Shown here piece by piece: positions 46,766 to 55,665 of a DNA stretch of 64,000 nt. Position 1 is the stretch's first letter. The number at the start of each line of letters is the position of its first letter. The DNA is from a plasmid. The translations under genes were made by a program, and so were the position numbers. The stretch is from sequence record NZ_CP010801.1. One strand, written 5' to 3'. Under the pieces are notes generated by a model. The model ran no database searches. It was not told the origin of the DNA and worked only from the letters and a program-made list of their open reading frames with translations.

Positions 46766-46782
46766 GCGGGGAGGGGCACACC

Positions 46783-47064
46783 ATGACTGGACAGCACATC
46801 GTCACCATCGGTGCTCACCTGCGCACGAACTATGGCACCGGCCCCTACGTCGTTCGAGAGATCGACGGCCCATGTACTTGCGTCGAATACCACGACCAAA
46901 TCAATGGTCGGGAGCGCCCGTCGCAGGAGCACTACCACCTGGTCGTGCGCCGGCCGTGCGGCAAGGGCGGCGACTACTACCTCAACGGATTCACCCTCGA
47001 TGGCCGGTCAGTATGGGGCAAGGACCGCTTGTTCGAGGTCAACCAAATGGAGCTTTTCGCATGA
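46783..47064 (+). CDS. Small hypothetical protein
   Basis: ATG 46783 with GGGAGGGG RBS. Confidence 0.3.
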   Translation: MTGQHIVTIGAHLRTNYGTGPYVVREIDGPCTCVEYHDQINGRERPSQEHYHLVVRRPCGKGGDYYLNGFTLDGRSVWGKDRLFEVNQMELFA

Positions 47065-47264
47065 CATCCCAGGTGCAAAGGAAGCCGAGCGATGAGGAGA
47101 TTATCCGCATCGCCCGCGGTGCCATCGGTGACTTCCCCTGGCGTCTGACTCGCGAGACGTTCGTGCAAGCGGTACGCGCCGTTCTGCATCACGTTGCGTG
47201 CGAGCCTACTGTGCACGGTCCGGGACCGAAGCCTGAGGAGATGCCAGGCTTGATCCAAACCTGA
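47061..47264 (+). CDS. Small hypothetical protein
   Basis: ATGA overlap with the upstream gene. Terminator follows. Confidence 0.25.
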   Translation: MTSQVQRKPSDEEIIRIARGAIGDFPWRLTRETFVQAVRAVLHHVACEPTVHGPGPKPEEMPGLIQT

Positions 47265-47323
47265 CATACGTACTAAGCCCGCTTCCTCGATGAGGAGGCG
47301 GGCTTTTTTATGGTCGGGCATGA

Positions 47324-47357
47324 CAACCAACGTGGAACCCCGGCGATTAGCCGGACA
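47324..47357 (+). promoter_or_regulatory. Upstream module copy 5
   Basis: CAACCAACGTGGAACCCCGGCGATTAGCCGGAC. Confidence 0.5.
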
Positions 47358-47368
47358 TCAATCGGGAG

Positions 47369-47896
47369 ATGAAATTGGAAAAAGTCTATTCGCAGGCAGA
47401 ATTTGAGGCGGCCTTGCAGGCTGCTCTGGTCGGCGCCGAGCCGGTGGCTTGGTCTTACGAACTGGCCGGCACCCTGTTAGCTGACGGCCAGTACGGGAAC
47501 TGGCGGCCATATCTGACATGGAGTAAGCCCAACGTGCCGGAGGGCGCAATCCGAAATCTGAAGGCGCTGTGCGAGCGGTCCTCCAGCCATGATGGCGCTG
47601 GGGATCTGAAGCTAGGAGGGTACAGCCGAGAAGACATCGAGGCGATTGCCGACGGGCTCGAATGCTACGACAAGACGGTGAACGTCGGTCCCGTACAGGG
47701 CGAGTTTGACGAGCTCCTCCCTTCGGCGACCGCGGCCGCTGCGAAGGTCTTGCGCGCCATTCTTTCCTCTTCGGCTACTGACCTTTCTGGCCAGCGGGCG
47801 GGCGTGTCGGAGGATGCAGCGCGATGGAACCAGTGTGCCGCCGCGCCCGCACAGCAGCAGGAGCCAACCACTCCAGGCGTGCATTCCGCGCCTTGA
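47369..47896 (+). CDS. Hypothetical protein
   Basis: 175-aa ORF behind module. Confidence 0.35.
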   Translation: MKLEKVYSQAEFEAALQAALVGAEPVAWSYELAGTLLADGQYGNWRPYLTWSKPNVPEGAIRNLKALCERSSSHDGAGDLKLGGYSREDIEAIADGLECYDKTVNVGPVQGEFDELLPSATAAAAKVLRAILSSSATDLSGQRAGVSEDAARWNQCAAAPAQQQEPTTPGVHSAP

Positions 47897-47952
47897 TTTC
47901 GACCAGAGCCCGCTTCCTACATGGAGCGGGCTTTTTCTTCGGCAGCGCGAGA

Positions 47953-47987
47953 CAACCATCCTGGAAAACCGGCGCTCCCGCCGGACC
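47953..47987 (+). promoter_or_regulatory. Upstream module copy 6
   Basis: CAACCATCCTGGAAAACCGGCGCTCCCGCCGGAC. Confidence 0.5.
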
Positions 47988-48003
47988 TTTACAGGAGATC
48001 AAC

Positions 48004-48222
48004 ATGCAAAACGATGTGCCCGCTTTCATCGGCTTGTCTGCGGTGCGCCTGGCCGCGCAAGTCGGCAAGACGCTGGCGCGCATTCCCGTCGAGCGCCAAG
48101 AATTTCTCTTCGGGGCTGGTTCGACACCGGAACCCCAACGCGAGGGCTACGCGTTGACTGCAAAGTGGCCCCGCAAAGCCCGCGCCCCTGGCGCCGCGCA
48201 GCAGGAGCAGGACCATGCGTGA
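48004..48222 (+). CDS. Small hypothetical protein
   Basis: 72-aa ORF. Stop overlaps the next ATG. Confidence 0.25.
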   Translation: MQNDVPAFIGLSAVRLAAQVGKTLARIPVERQEFLFGAGSTPEPQREGYALTAKWPRKARAPGAAQQEQDHA

Positions 48223-48667
48223 GAAGACACCTTGGAATCCATCGCGCCGTGCCATTGCGCGCGTGCAGAACCCGCTGCCGGCGCCGAAGGTGCACGAGGC
48301 CTGCGGTGGCTCCGTCGAGATCGTCGGCAACGAGAAGATCTACGGGCGGCCATATGGCGACTGGCCGTGGGCGTATCGCTGCTGCGGCTGCGGAGCCTAC
48401 GTGGGAATGCACCCCTTCACCGCGATCCCCCTGGGGACGTTGGCGGACGGACCCACCCGCGAGGCGCGCAAGCGAGCCAAGGCGGCATTCAATCCGCTGT
48501 GGCAGTCCAGGCAGATGACTCGCTCGGAGGCCTACGCTTGGCTTGCAGGCCAACTTGGGATCGCGTGCGTCGATGAATGCCACATTGGCTGGTTCGACGT
48601 CCCCACGTGTGAACGGGTTGTTATGGCCTGTGCCCGGCGATCGGCTGGCGCTATTGCCCCGGCGTGA
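48215..48667 (+). CDS. Zinc-ribbon protein (prophage DUF3268-like)
   Basis: CGGS...CCGCGAY Zn-ribbon and conserved aromatic positions. Confidence 0.35.
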   Translation: MREKTPWNPSRRAIARVQNPLPAPKVHEACGGSVEIVGNEKIYGRPYGDWPWAYRCCGCGAYVGMHPFTAIPLGTLADGPTREARKRAKAAFNPLWQSRQMTRSEAYAWLAGQLGIACVDECHIGWFDVPTCERVVMACARRSAGAIAPA

Positions 48668-48727
48668 CTGCTGATGTGCAACCAATCCCGTCTGCTACAG
48701 GCGGGATTTTTTTTTGCCCCCCACTGA

Positions 48728-48762
48728 CAACCACCTGCGAACCTTGGCAATCCCGCCGAGAT
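48728..48762 (+). promoter_or_regulatory. Upstream module copy 7
   Basis: CAACCACCTGCGAACCTTGGCAATCCCGCCGAG. Confidence 0.45.
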
Positions 48763-48777
48763 CCACAGGAGACCTGT

Positions 48778-49584
48778 ATGCCAGGACCAGACTTCTTTCA
48801 AACCATGATGGGCCGCAACTTTTTCGAGGGCACTATGCCGTCGATCGCGCGCAACCTTGCGACGATTGCCGAGGCGCTGAAGCGTAGCAATGAGCTACTC
48901 GAGCAGAAGCCCTCGACAGCGGAAGGTCAGCCGCGCGATGCGATACCGCTGAACAAGCTGCAGCGCATCGCAGTCAGCGGCTATGAGGACGGAACGTATT
49001 CCGCACTGCGGTCGGTCCGTGAGTTCGAAGGAATCGGCGACACGCTGATTCTGGCCATCGTTCGTGAACTAGAGGACGCAGATAGCACGACATGCGCGCT
49101 GAATCGTCTGCAGGGCATGGCCGCTCAGATCTCGCAAGTCGTCGGCGCCATCGAATCGTCCGCTGGCCAGCCGCCGGCAACGGCAGAATGGGCGCCGGAG
49201 AAGGGCGTCATGACCGACGCGCAATTCATTGCCCGTCGTGGTTGTCATTGCCCCTCTTGCGGGAGCAATGACCTTTCCTGCCAGGGGCATATCGAAGGCG
49301 AGGAAGCTACCGCTTCGCAATCGGTGAAGTGCGAAAACTGCAGTGCAACCTGGGTCGACACATATTCGTTGAGCGGATATGCCGAACTGGATGGTGGCAT
49401 TGACCTGAAGTCAGTCCAATCCATTGTCGATGAGGTGCGGAGCCGCGCGCAGACGTACAGATTCGCGATCGGAAGCGAAGTCCAGGCGCGCGAAGCCGTC
49501 AATAAAACTTGCGATCAGGTCGATCCTTCATTGAGTGAGGCCGAAAGAACGATCGCTGTGAAGCTGCTCCGAGCCGCCGATTGA
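48778..49584 (+). CDS. Hypothetical protein with internal Zn-ribbon
   Basis: CHCPSCG...CENC. Confidence 0.35.
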   Translation: MPGPDFFQTMMGRNFFEGTMPSIARNLATIAEALKRSNELLEQKPSTAEGQPRDAIPLNKLQRIAVSGYEDGTYSALRSVREFEGIGDTLILAIVRELEDADSTTCALNRLQGMAAQISQVVGAIESSAGQPPATAEWAPEKGVMTDAQFIARRGCHCPSCGSNDLSCQGHIEGEEATASQSVKCENCSATWVDTYSLSGYAELDGGIDLKSVQSIVDEVRSRAQTYRFAIGSEVQAREAVNKTCDQVDPSLSEAERTIAVKLLRAAD

Positions 49585-49640
49585 TGTTCCACCAAACCGC
49601 CTCGCGAAAGCGCAGGCGGTTTTTTCTTCTTCGCGCTGAG

Positions 49641-49676
49641 CAACCACTCCTGAAAAACCGGCAATCCCGCCGGACT
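49641..49676 (+). promoter_or_regulatory. Upstream module copy 8
   Basis: CAACCACTCCTGAAAAACCGGCAATCCCGCCGGAC. Confidence 0.5.
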
Positions 49677-49691
49677 TTGCAGGAGGAAAAA

Positions 49692-50627
49692 ATGAAGCAG
49701 GTTGCATTTACCACGTCCTCGGGCTCGCCCGACAACGATGCTTGGCACGCTTGGCGTGCGCAGCATTTGGGCGCGTCCGATGCACCGGTGATCGCAGCAG
49801 GACGCGGCTTGTGCAGCAAGCCGTCGTGGGCGCGGTCTCTACACGCCCTCTGGCTGGAGAAAACCGGGCAACTGCCGCCGCAGAAATCGAACTTCGCGAT
49901 GAATCGGGGTCGGCAGTACGAGGAAACTGCCCGCCTGGCGTATGAGGCGAAGACGGGCGAAATGGTGTCGCCTTGCTTCGGCGAGTGCGAACCCTTTCCG
50001 CAGCTTTCGGCATCGTTCGATGGCATGAGCCTGGATGGCAATACGATCGTCGAGATCAAGGTGCCATCCGCGAAGGTTCACGAGATGGCCAAGAATGGCC
50101 AGGTGGTCGATTACTACGTGCCACAAATCGCGCACCAGGCGCTGGTCGCTTGGGGTATGCCTGAGTCCTGGGGCAACGACAAGCGAGCGTTCTTCGTGAG
50201 CTACGACCCGGATAAGGACGAACTGGTCATCGTGCCGGTCGACATGGGCGAACTGGCGATGATGGCGAAGCGGTTGCTGCCGTGTCTGCTGGACTTCTGG
50301 CAGGCGGTGTTCGAGAAACGTCCTCCGCTTGGCGATGGCATGGAGCCGCTTGCGCAAGCCTACCTGGAGCTGGTCGACAGAATTGGCGACCTCGAAGGCG
50401 AGAAAGACGCGCTGCGCGCGCAACTCATTGAGTTGGCAGAGAAGCAGGGTGGCCGCGCCGAAGGCTATGGCGTGTCGGTGATCAAATCCATGGTCAAGGG
50501 CACGATCGACTATGCCAAGGCTGCCAAAGATTTGAACATCGACTTCGAACCGTACCGCAAGCAAGGTAAGGAGACCTGGTACGTGAAGGCCAGCGGCCAG
50601 AGAGAGGGGCAGCAAGCGAGCGCGTGA
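49692..50627 (+). CDS. YqaJ-like viral recombinase-domain exonuclease (PD-(D/E)xK)
   Basis: LGASDAPVIAAG...ASFDGMSLDGNTIVEIKVP. Confidence 0.55.
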   Translation: MKQVAFTTSSGSPDNDAWHAWRAQHLGASDAPVIAAGRGLCSKPSWARSLHALWLEKTGQLPPQKSNFAMNRGRQYEETARLAYEAKTGEMVSPCFGECEPFPQLSASFDGMSLDGNTIVEIKVPSAKVHEMAKNGQVVDYYVPQIAHQALVAWGMPESWGNDKRAFFVSYDPDKDELVIVPVDMGELAMMAKRLLPCLLDFWQAVFEKRPPLGDGMEPLAQAYLELVDRIGDLEGEKDALRAQLIELAEKQGGRAEGYGVSVIKSMVKGTIDYAKAAKDLNIDFEPYRKQGKETWYVKASGQREGQQASA

Positions 50628-50702
50628 TCGTTCGTCAGCTGAATCACACCACCATCACACAACCCGCCAGCACACGCTGGCGGGTTTTTTCATGTGCCGC
50701 GC

Positions 50703-50740
50703 GCAACAACTACAGGGGAAACCGGCGAATCCCCGCCGAA
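50703..50740 (+). promoter_or_regulatory. Upstream module copy 9
   Basis: CAACAACTACAGGGGAAACCGGCGAATCCCCGCCGAAG. Confidence 0.45.
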
Positions 50741-50759
50741 GATGAGAGGAGAACCCCAG

Positions 50760-51137
50760 ATGAAGAACGTAATCGAGGTCGGCGCTGGCCCTTCCTGCGC
50801 GGACGTGGCCCAGGTCGGCGAGGTGAATTTTGCCGTGCGCAATCGTAGCGAGTGCAGAGCATTCATTCGCCAGATCGAGCGCGCCTATGGCCAGCCTCCA
50901 GTTGGCGTGAGTCTGGTGCTGACCACCAATCAGCACGAATTTGGCACCTACCGCGAAGTTGGCATTGAGATCGAGCCGCTTAGCATTGAGCAAGTCCGGA
51001 CGGCTTCGGACTGGGCCAATGCGGTCGAGTCTGATTCCCAGTGCAAGCTGGAGGACTGGGACGCCGAGGCTCTGTTGGAGTTGGGCTTGGAGGCGAATGC
51101 AACGCAGAGCGCTTCGCAGGCTGTCATCCATGGCTGA
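50760..51137 (+). CDS. Hypothetical protein
   Basis: 125-aa ORF. Confidence 0.3.
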   Translation: MKNVIEVGAGPSCADVAQVGEVNFAVRNRSECRAFIRQIERAYGQPPVGVSLVLTTNQHEFGTYREVGIEIEPLSIEQVRTASDWANAVESDSQCKLEDWDAEALLELGLEANATQSASQAVIHG

Positions 51138-51621
51138 TTTCATCAATGTAGCCATCGCCGCCATCCCCGTGGTGAACAGGAAGGCCCTGGACGACGAGGA
51201 CAGGCATGTGCCCGCCGTGTATTCGGTCATGGTGGCCACCGGCCTGTCCGAAGGCAGCATGGCAGCTGCGGCGCTCGATGTCTTCCATTCGGAGATCGGC
51301 GTGGATGTGCTCGATGATTTCGAGTTCTTCGTGATTGACCCGCGCACCGGCCGCGTGCTGGAGCAGGACGAAGACCACGAGGACTACTCGAAAACGCACC
51401 TCGGGCGCGACGTGGAACGTATCGGTGACAAGCTGCCCGGGATCTACTCGGTGACCGTTGAAGCCGTCGGCGACGACGTGGCAGTCACGGTGCTCGGCAT
51501 TATCAAGGTCGCGGCAGACAATAAGCCTGAAGCGAACCGGAAAGCCCTCGACATCCTATGGGATGACCGGCTCGATGCGGCAAGCTGTTCGGCCCGCTGC
51601 CACAGCGTGCGCTGTCGTTAA
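51130..51621 (+). CDS. Hypothetical acidic protein
   Basis: ATGGCTGA overlap. Confidence 0.3.
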   Translation: MADFINVAIAAIPVVNRKALDDEDRHVPAVYSVMVATGLSEGSMAAAALDVFHSEIGVDVLDDFEFFVIDPRTGRVLEQDEDHEDYSKTHLGRDVERIGDKLPGIYSVTVEAVGDDVAVTVLGIIKVAADNKPEANRKALDILWDDRLDAASCSARCHSVRCR

Positions 51622-51706
51622 GCGACTGTAAATCAAGCAACCAGGCCCTGTTCTCTTCGGAGACGGGGCTTTTCTCATTGGCCCGATTTTCTATGTCCCG
51701 GCAGGG

Positions 51707-51741
51707 CAACCACTCTGGAATACAGCCAATCCCGGCTGGAT
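51707..51741 (+). promoter_or_regulatory. Upstream module copy 10 (degenerate palindrome)
   Basis: CAACCACTCTGGAATACAGCCAATCCCGGCTGGA. Confidence 0.4.
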
Positions 51742-51757
51742 ACTCAAGGAGAATTCC

Positions 51758-52468
51758 ATGAGCAATTTGAACAAGTTGTTTGACTTGACCGATGCGCTGA
51801 ACGAGTCGGGCAGCAATGAAGGCTGCGAAGCCGATCTGATGGTGGTGAGTTCCGCGCGACTCTGGGATCTAACGCAATACGTGCGGCTACTCAAAGCAGT
51901 CGAGCAGTCCCAGAATGTGGAAGACCATGCCAACGCCAACAAAATCTGTGAACGCCTCCTCAATTCGGAAGAGCACTCTGTTGAGTCGGCAATTCCAGGG
52001 GTGGCGGAGGATGCGGTGGAGGTGATCAACCGCCTTTCTATCGCTATGAAAGCCACTCAGGTCGCGCTATCGCAAGCCATGCAGCATTCGGAGGAAAGGG
52101 CGCGGTTTGTCAAACAGATTGCTGATCTCAGCATCTGGGATTTCGAAAAGGATGACGGCACCCCGTACAAAGAATGCGAACGGCCTTCGGACGGTTTCCT
52201 CGATTCCCATTGCTGCTTGATGGCGAGCATCGAGGAGGCACGACGGATTGACCTGCGTGCCGCCCTTGAGGCGTTGAATTCGCCGCAGGGCGAGGACAGC
52301 GAGGACTGGACCGGCCGGGTGGAGATGAGCGTCACTGCTGATTCTCCCGAGGAAGCAGCAAAGTTCACGCTCGATGACATTCGCGACCGCGAACTGGAAG
52401 GTATCAACGTCGATGTCCAGAACGTTGGCAGCGGTCGTATCGTGACCGTGTTTGTCAAGAACGCGTAG
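51758..52468 (+). CDS. Hypothetical acidic protein (lower-GC patch)
   Basis: 236-aa ORF. Local GC drop from 51640 to 52640. Confidence 0.35.
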   Translation: MSNLNKLFDLTDALNESGSNEGCEADLMVVSSARLWDLTQYVRLLKAVEQSQNVEDHANANKICERLLNSEEHSVESAIPGVAEDAVEVINRLSIAMKATQVALSQAMQHSEERARFVKQIADLSIWDFEKDDGTPYKECERPSDGFLDSHCCLMASIEEARRIDLRAALEALNSPQGEDSEDWTGRVEMSVTADSPEEAAKFTLDDIRDRELEGINVDVQNVGSGRIVTVFVKNA

Positions 52469-52583
52469 GCCAGTTCACGGATGCGGTTGCCGCTCAAGCG
52501 CAAGCCTCAAAGGATGTCCAATTCGGTGCGCCGAATGAAGCACATAACCACAGAACAGCCGGGCCTCATGCCCGGCTTTTTTA

Positions 52584-53027
52584 TTGCCAATGAAAGAATC
52601 GCGATATATGATTTCTATAGCAAGAAACCGGACTCAACAAATGGGAACCAACGCAATCGTAGGGAAGCAGAATCAGGCGACCGCCGGCGCGGTGCTGACG
52701 AAGGCCGCCCTGCGCTCAGCGGACCTGCTGGGGTTGAATAACGCCATGCTTGCACGTGTGGTCGGTGTGAGCGAGTCGCAAGTCTCGCGCATGGCCGCCG
52801 GCCAGCGGCAACTGGAGATCGGGACCAAACCAGCAGAGCTCGCGACATTGCTCGTGCGTGTCTACCGTTCTCTGGATGCCATGGTCGGTAACAGCGACCA
52901 GCACCGCAAGCTCTGGATGTCTTCCTTTAACCGCGCCTTCAACGAAGTCCCGAAGGATGCGATCCAGAAGGTGGACGGCCTCGTGCGGGTGGTGAGCTAT
53001 CTGGACGGCGCGCGCGCCATCGCCTGA
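52584..53027 (+). CDS. Xre/MbcA/ParS-type antitoxin
   Basis: HTH (LLGLNNAMLARVVGVSESQVSRMAAGQRQ) plus C-terminal toxin-binding domain. Start uncertain (52584, 52608 or 52641). Confidence 0.55.
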   Translation: MPMKESRYMISIARNRTQQMGTNAIVGKQNQATAGAVLTKAALRSADLLGLNNAMLARVVGVSESQVSRMAAGQRQLEIGTKPAELATLLVRVYRSLDAMVGNSDQHRKLWMSSFNRAFNEVPKDAIQKVDGLVRVVSYLDGARAIA

Positions 53028-53728
53028 TGCAGTGGCACGCAGAATGGCTGGCATCGATTGGCACCCAACATCGCGATCTCTGGCGCGCGGTGGAGGCGCA
53101 GCATCGCGTTGCGACGATGCGTCTGGCGGACTCTCTGGATGAGCAGCATCTACTCGAGCAATTGCTTGAGGATAGCAAGCCAACGTTGCCTGTCGAAGCC
53201 GAAGGGGCGCCCTATCTGCTTTCGACCCCCTTTCGCTATGTCTCTCAGTGGTCCTCGCGCTTTCGCCGTCCAGGTGAGGGCGGTGCTTGGTACGGAGCCG
53301 ACGAGCCAGAGACCGTCGCGGCAGAAATCGCCCACTGGCGCTGGAAATTCTTTATGGACAGCGAGGGACTCAAGGACACGCAGCTTGTCGTGGAATTGAC
53401 GTTCTTCCAGGCACACTTTTGCGGGCTAGAGTTGGATCTGACCGAACCGCCCTGGAACGCGCACCGCGCCAACTGGCGTGATCCCGAGAATTACGCTCAC
53501 TGTCACGCGCTTGCAACGCATGCCAGAAGCCTTATTCCGCCTACGGGTGCAATCCGGTACGAATCTGCGCGTAGGGAGTACGGAGCCTGCCAGGTGGTGT
53601 TCGACGTCCAGACACTGAGTATGCCAAACGCCTGTTTGCAACAGACCTGGGTGTGCAAGACGACAGCCGAGCGTGTTCTCATTTCACGGGACGACACGGT
53701 GCTGCAGTTTGATATGCCCGAGGCGTAG
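53027..53728 (+). CDS. RES-domain toxin (MbcT/ParT family)
   Basis: RFRRPGEGGAWYGADEPETVAAE RES motif. TGATG overlap with the antitoxin. Confidence 0.7.
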   Translation: MQWHAEWLASIGTQHRDLWRAVEAQHRVATMRLADSLDEQHLLEQLLEDSKPTLPVEAEGAPYLLSTPFRYVSQWSSRFRRPGEGGAWYGADEPETVAAEIAHWRWKFFMDSEGLKDTQLVVELTFFQAHFCGLELDLTEPPWNAHRANWRDPENYAHCHALATHARSLIPPTGAIRYESARREYGACQVVFDVQTLSMPNACLQQTWVCKTTAERVLISRDDTVLQFDMPEA

Positions 53729-53784
53729 CAGGCTCCCAAAGATAGTCCCCCGAAGGCCGCAGGTTTTTTTCTGTCCTTACCAGG

Positions 53785-53817
53785 CAACTATCTCCGAATC
53801 CCGGCATTTCGCCGGAC
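53785..53817 (+). promoter_or_regulatory. Upstream module copy 11
   Basis: CAACTATCTCCGAATCCCGGCATTTCGCCGGAC. Confidence 0.5.
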
Positions 53818-53832
53818 CTTGAGGAGAGCCAC

Positions 53833-54702
53833 ATGAAAGTGACAGTCACCTGGGGCCAAGACACCCCCGCCTACGCAACCGAAGTCATTGAAGTGCCGGA
53901 TGACGCCAACGATGGCCAGATCATCGAAGCGGTCATGGCAAGGGCGGATGCTGTCGGCAATCTCGTTTTCGATCCGTCGTACGATTGGACCGGCCTGCGC
54001 GCTGTTGAAATCTCGGCGCCCGACGGGCGAGTCATTGATAACGACGTCGCCATCGAGCCGTCTGGCGAAGACCTGGGCCTGGTGGTGCGAAACGTCATGA
54101 GCGGTGCCGTGAGTCTGGAGGCCATGCTTCACGAGGCCGAACGCCAGAACATCGTACCCGCGCAAGAAGTCATCGGGGCGCTGAAGCTGGCCGGGGACGC
54201 CATGGCAGCACGCAAGGCGCTTCCGGAAATCCCGTCGTTCACGCCGTACCAGCTGGTGATCGATGCCTTCGCGTGCAACCAAGACGGGGATAGCCCGTCT
54301 TACGCTGCAATCGAGGTCAAGCCGGAGTTTCTGGCCAAGATCGCTCGCGTGTCGGCAGCTGCTTCGGCGGCCGGCATTCGGGTGGCGCATGTTGACGCAG
54401 ACAATGGCATCTGGAGCGATCCGGATAACAGTCTGCGTATGCGCGACAGCGAGCTTGTGGTGTATCCGCAGCACGGGGCGGGGAACACCTCGTTCTGGTT
54501 CCGTGGGCATCCCAAAAACGCGGACTACGACTGCGAGACGCGAGCGATCGATCTCAACGATCTGATCACCAGTGTCAGCACCGATGGCGAACTGCCTTCC
54601 GGGTTCGAGCGCGACCGTGGCGTGTTGTTCTACGACGGCGGCGCGGGGACGGCGATCGATCTGAGGGATCTGTACTTCGAAGGGAGCGATGCCGAGCACT
54701 GA
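53833..54702 (+). CDS. Hypothetical protein
   Basis: 289-aa ORF. Confidence 0.35.
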   Translation: MKVTVTWGQDTPAYATEVIEVPDDANDGQIIEAVMARADAVGNLVFDPSYDWTGLRAVEISAPDGRVIDNDVAIEPSGEDLGLVVRNVMSGAVSLEAMLHEAERQNIVPAQEVIGALKLAGDAMAARKALPEIPSFTPYQLVIDAFACNQDGDSPSYAAIEVKPEFLAKIARVSAAASAAGIRVAHVDADNGIWSDPDNSLRMRDSELVVYPQHGAGNTSFWFRGHPKNADYDCETRAIDLNDLITSVSTDGELPSGFERDRGVLFYDGGAGTAIDLRDLYFEGSDAEH

Positions 54703-54854
54703 GCAGGCGCATTACGCCTACCCGGACGAGCAATTTCAGTCCGTTCACCTGACCGAAGAACTGGAGGCCTGATCACGGCCCCAAGGACTCGGGCATTGAC
54801 CCGAAAACCGGCCTGCGCGCAAGCGTGGGTCGGTTTTTTCTTTTTGGCATCGCA

Positions 54855-54887
54855 CAACCATTCCCGAATCCCGGCAATTCCGCCGGA
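54855..54887 (+). promoter_or_regulatory. Upstream module copy 12
   Basis: CAACCATTCCCGAATCCCGGCAATTCCGCCGGAC. Confidence 0.5.
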
Positions 54888-54903
54888 CTATAAGGAGCAA
54901 GAC

Positions 54904-55425
54904 ATGGCAAATTGGTATGGCAGTGCACGGACGAACTATGTCCGCCTCAACGATGGCGTGACAGTTGAGGCATTGCAGGAGCACCTTGAGCTCATCGGCG
55001 CCGATCTGGAAATGTGGGAAAAGGAAATCGAGGGAGGCTTGCACGTCGGCTTCGGCGCAGGCGACTCCGACAACGGCGGTTTCCCCTGCTGGTTGTCTCC
55101 GAACATCCCGGACCGTGAGGCTGACCCCGAAGGCTTCGCCCGCTTGGCGAAAGCCTTGCAGGTGCCCGAGGACGACCTGGAGGGCACCGATGAAGCTGAG
55201 TTTTCGTGGGAGCAGCACATCATGCCGTTCGTTGCGGAGGGCGAGGTGCTGGTTGCGCAGGAGATCGGTGCAGAGAAGCTGCGCTATCTGACTGGTCACG
55301 CCACTGCTTTCATACGCCGCGGTGAAACCATCCAGAAGGTCGGCGTTTCTATCCGCGACATCTATGAGGAGGCTGCAGAGACTTTCGGCGTGGATGCGAC
55401 GAAGATCATCGAGGCCACATACTGA
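54904..55425 (+). CDS. Hypothetical acidic protein
   Basis: 173-aa ORF. Strong terminator follows. Confidence 0.35.
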   Translation: MANWYGSARTNYVRLNDGVTVEALQEHLELIGADLEMWEKEIEGGLHVGFGAGDSDNGGFPCWLSPNIPDREADPEGFARLAKALQVPEDDLEGTDEAEFSWEQHIMPFVAEGEVLVAQEIGAEKLRYLTGHATAFIRRGETIQKVGVSIRDIYEEAAETFGVDATKIIEATY

Positions 55426-55435
55426 TTCACTCAAG

Positions 55436-55480
55436 ACCCCCATGCAGCCGTGATCGGCTGTGTGGGGGTTTTTGTTTTTC
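55436..55480. terminator. Rho-independent terminator
   Basis: CCCCCATGCAGCCG-TGAT-CGGCTGTGTGGGGG plus T-run. Confidence 0.55.
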
Positions 55481-55665
55481 AGCTTTCAGTGGGTCGGTGG
55501 CGCGAGCGTAGGATCATTCGGTTGTCGACGCACCCTAAGCATCGACTACTTGACCGCCGTTACCTTCAACTTTCGTCCATGTAGCAACCTGGCGTTGGTA
55601 CTTTCTGCAGCTAGTGTCACCAGCAGTGCCAAGAAGAAGATTCTGCGCATCTAGGCCTTCCTGCA

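Noticed and set aside
50655-51347. 230-aa minus-strand ORF and other antisense ORFs within the small-gene array
   Set aside because: All plus-strand genes there have the conserved upstream module and RBS. The antisense ORFs have neither.
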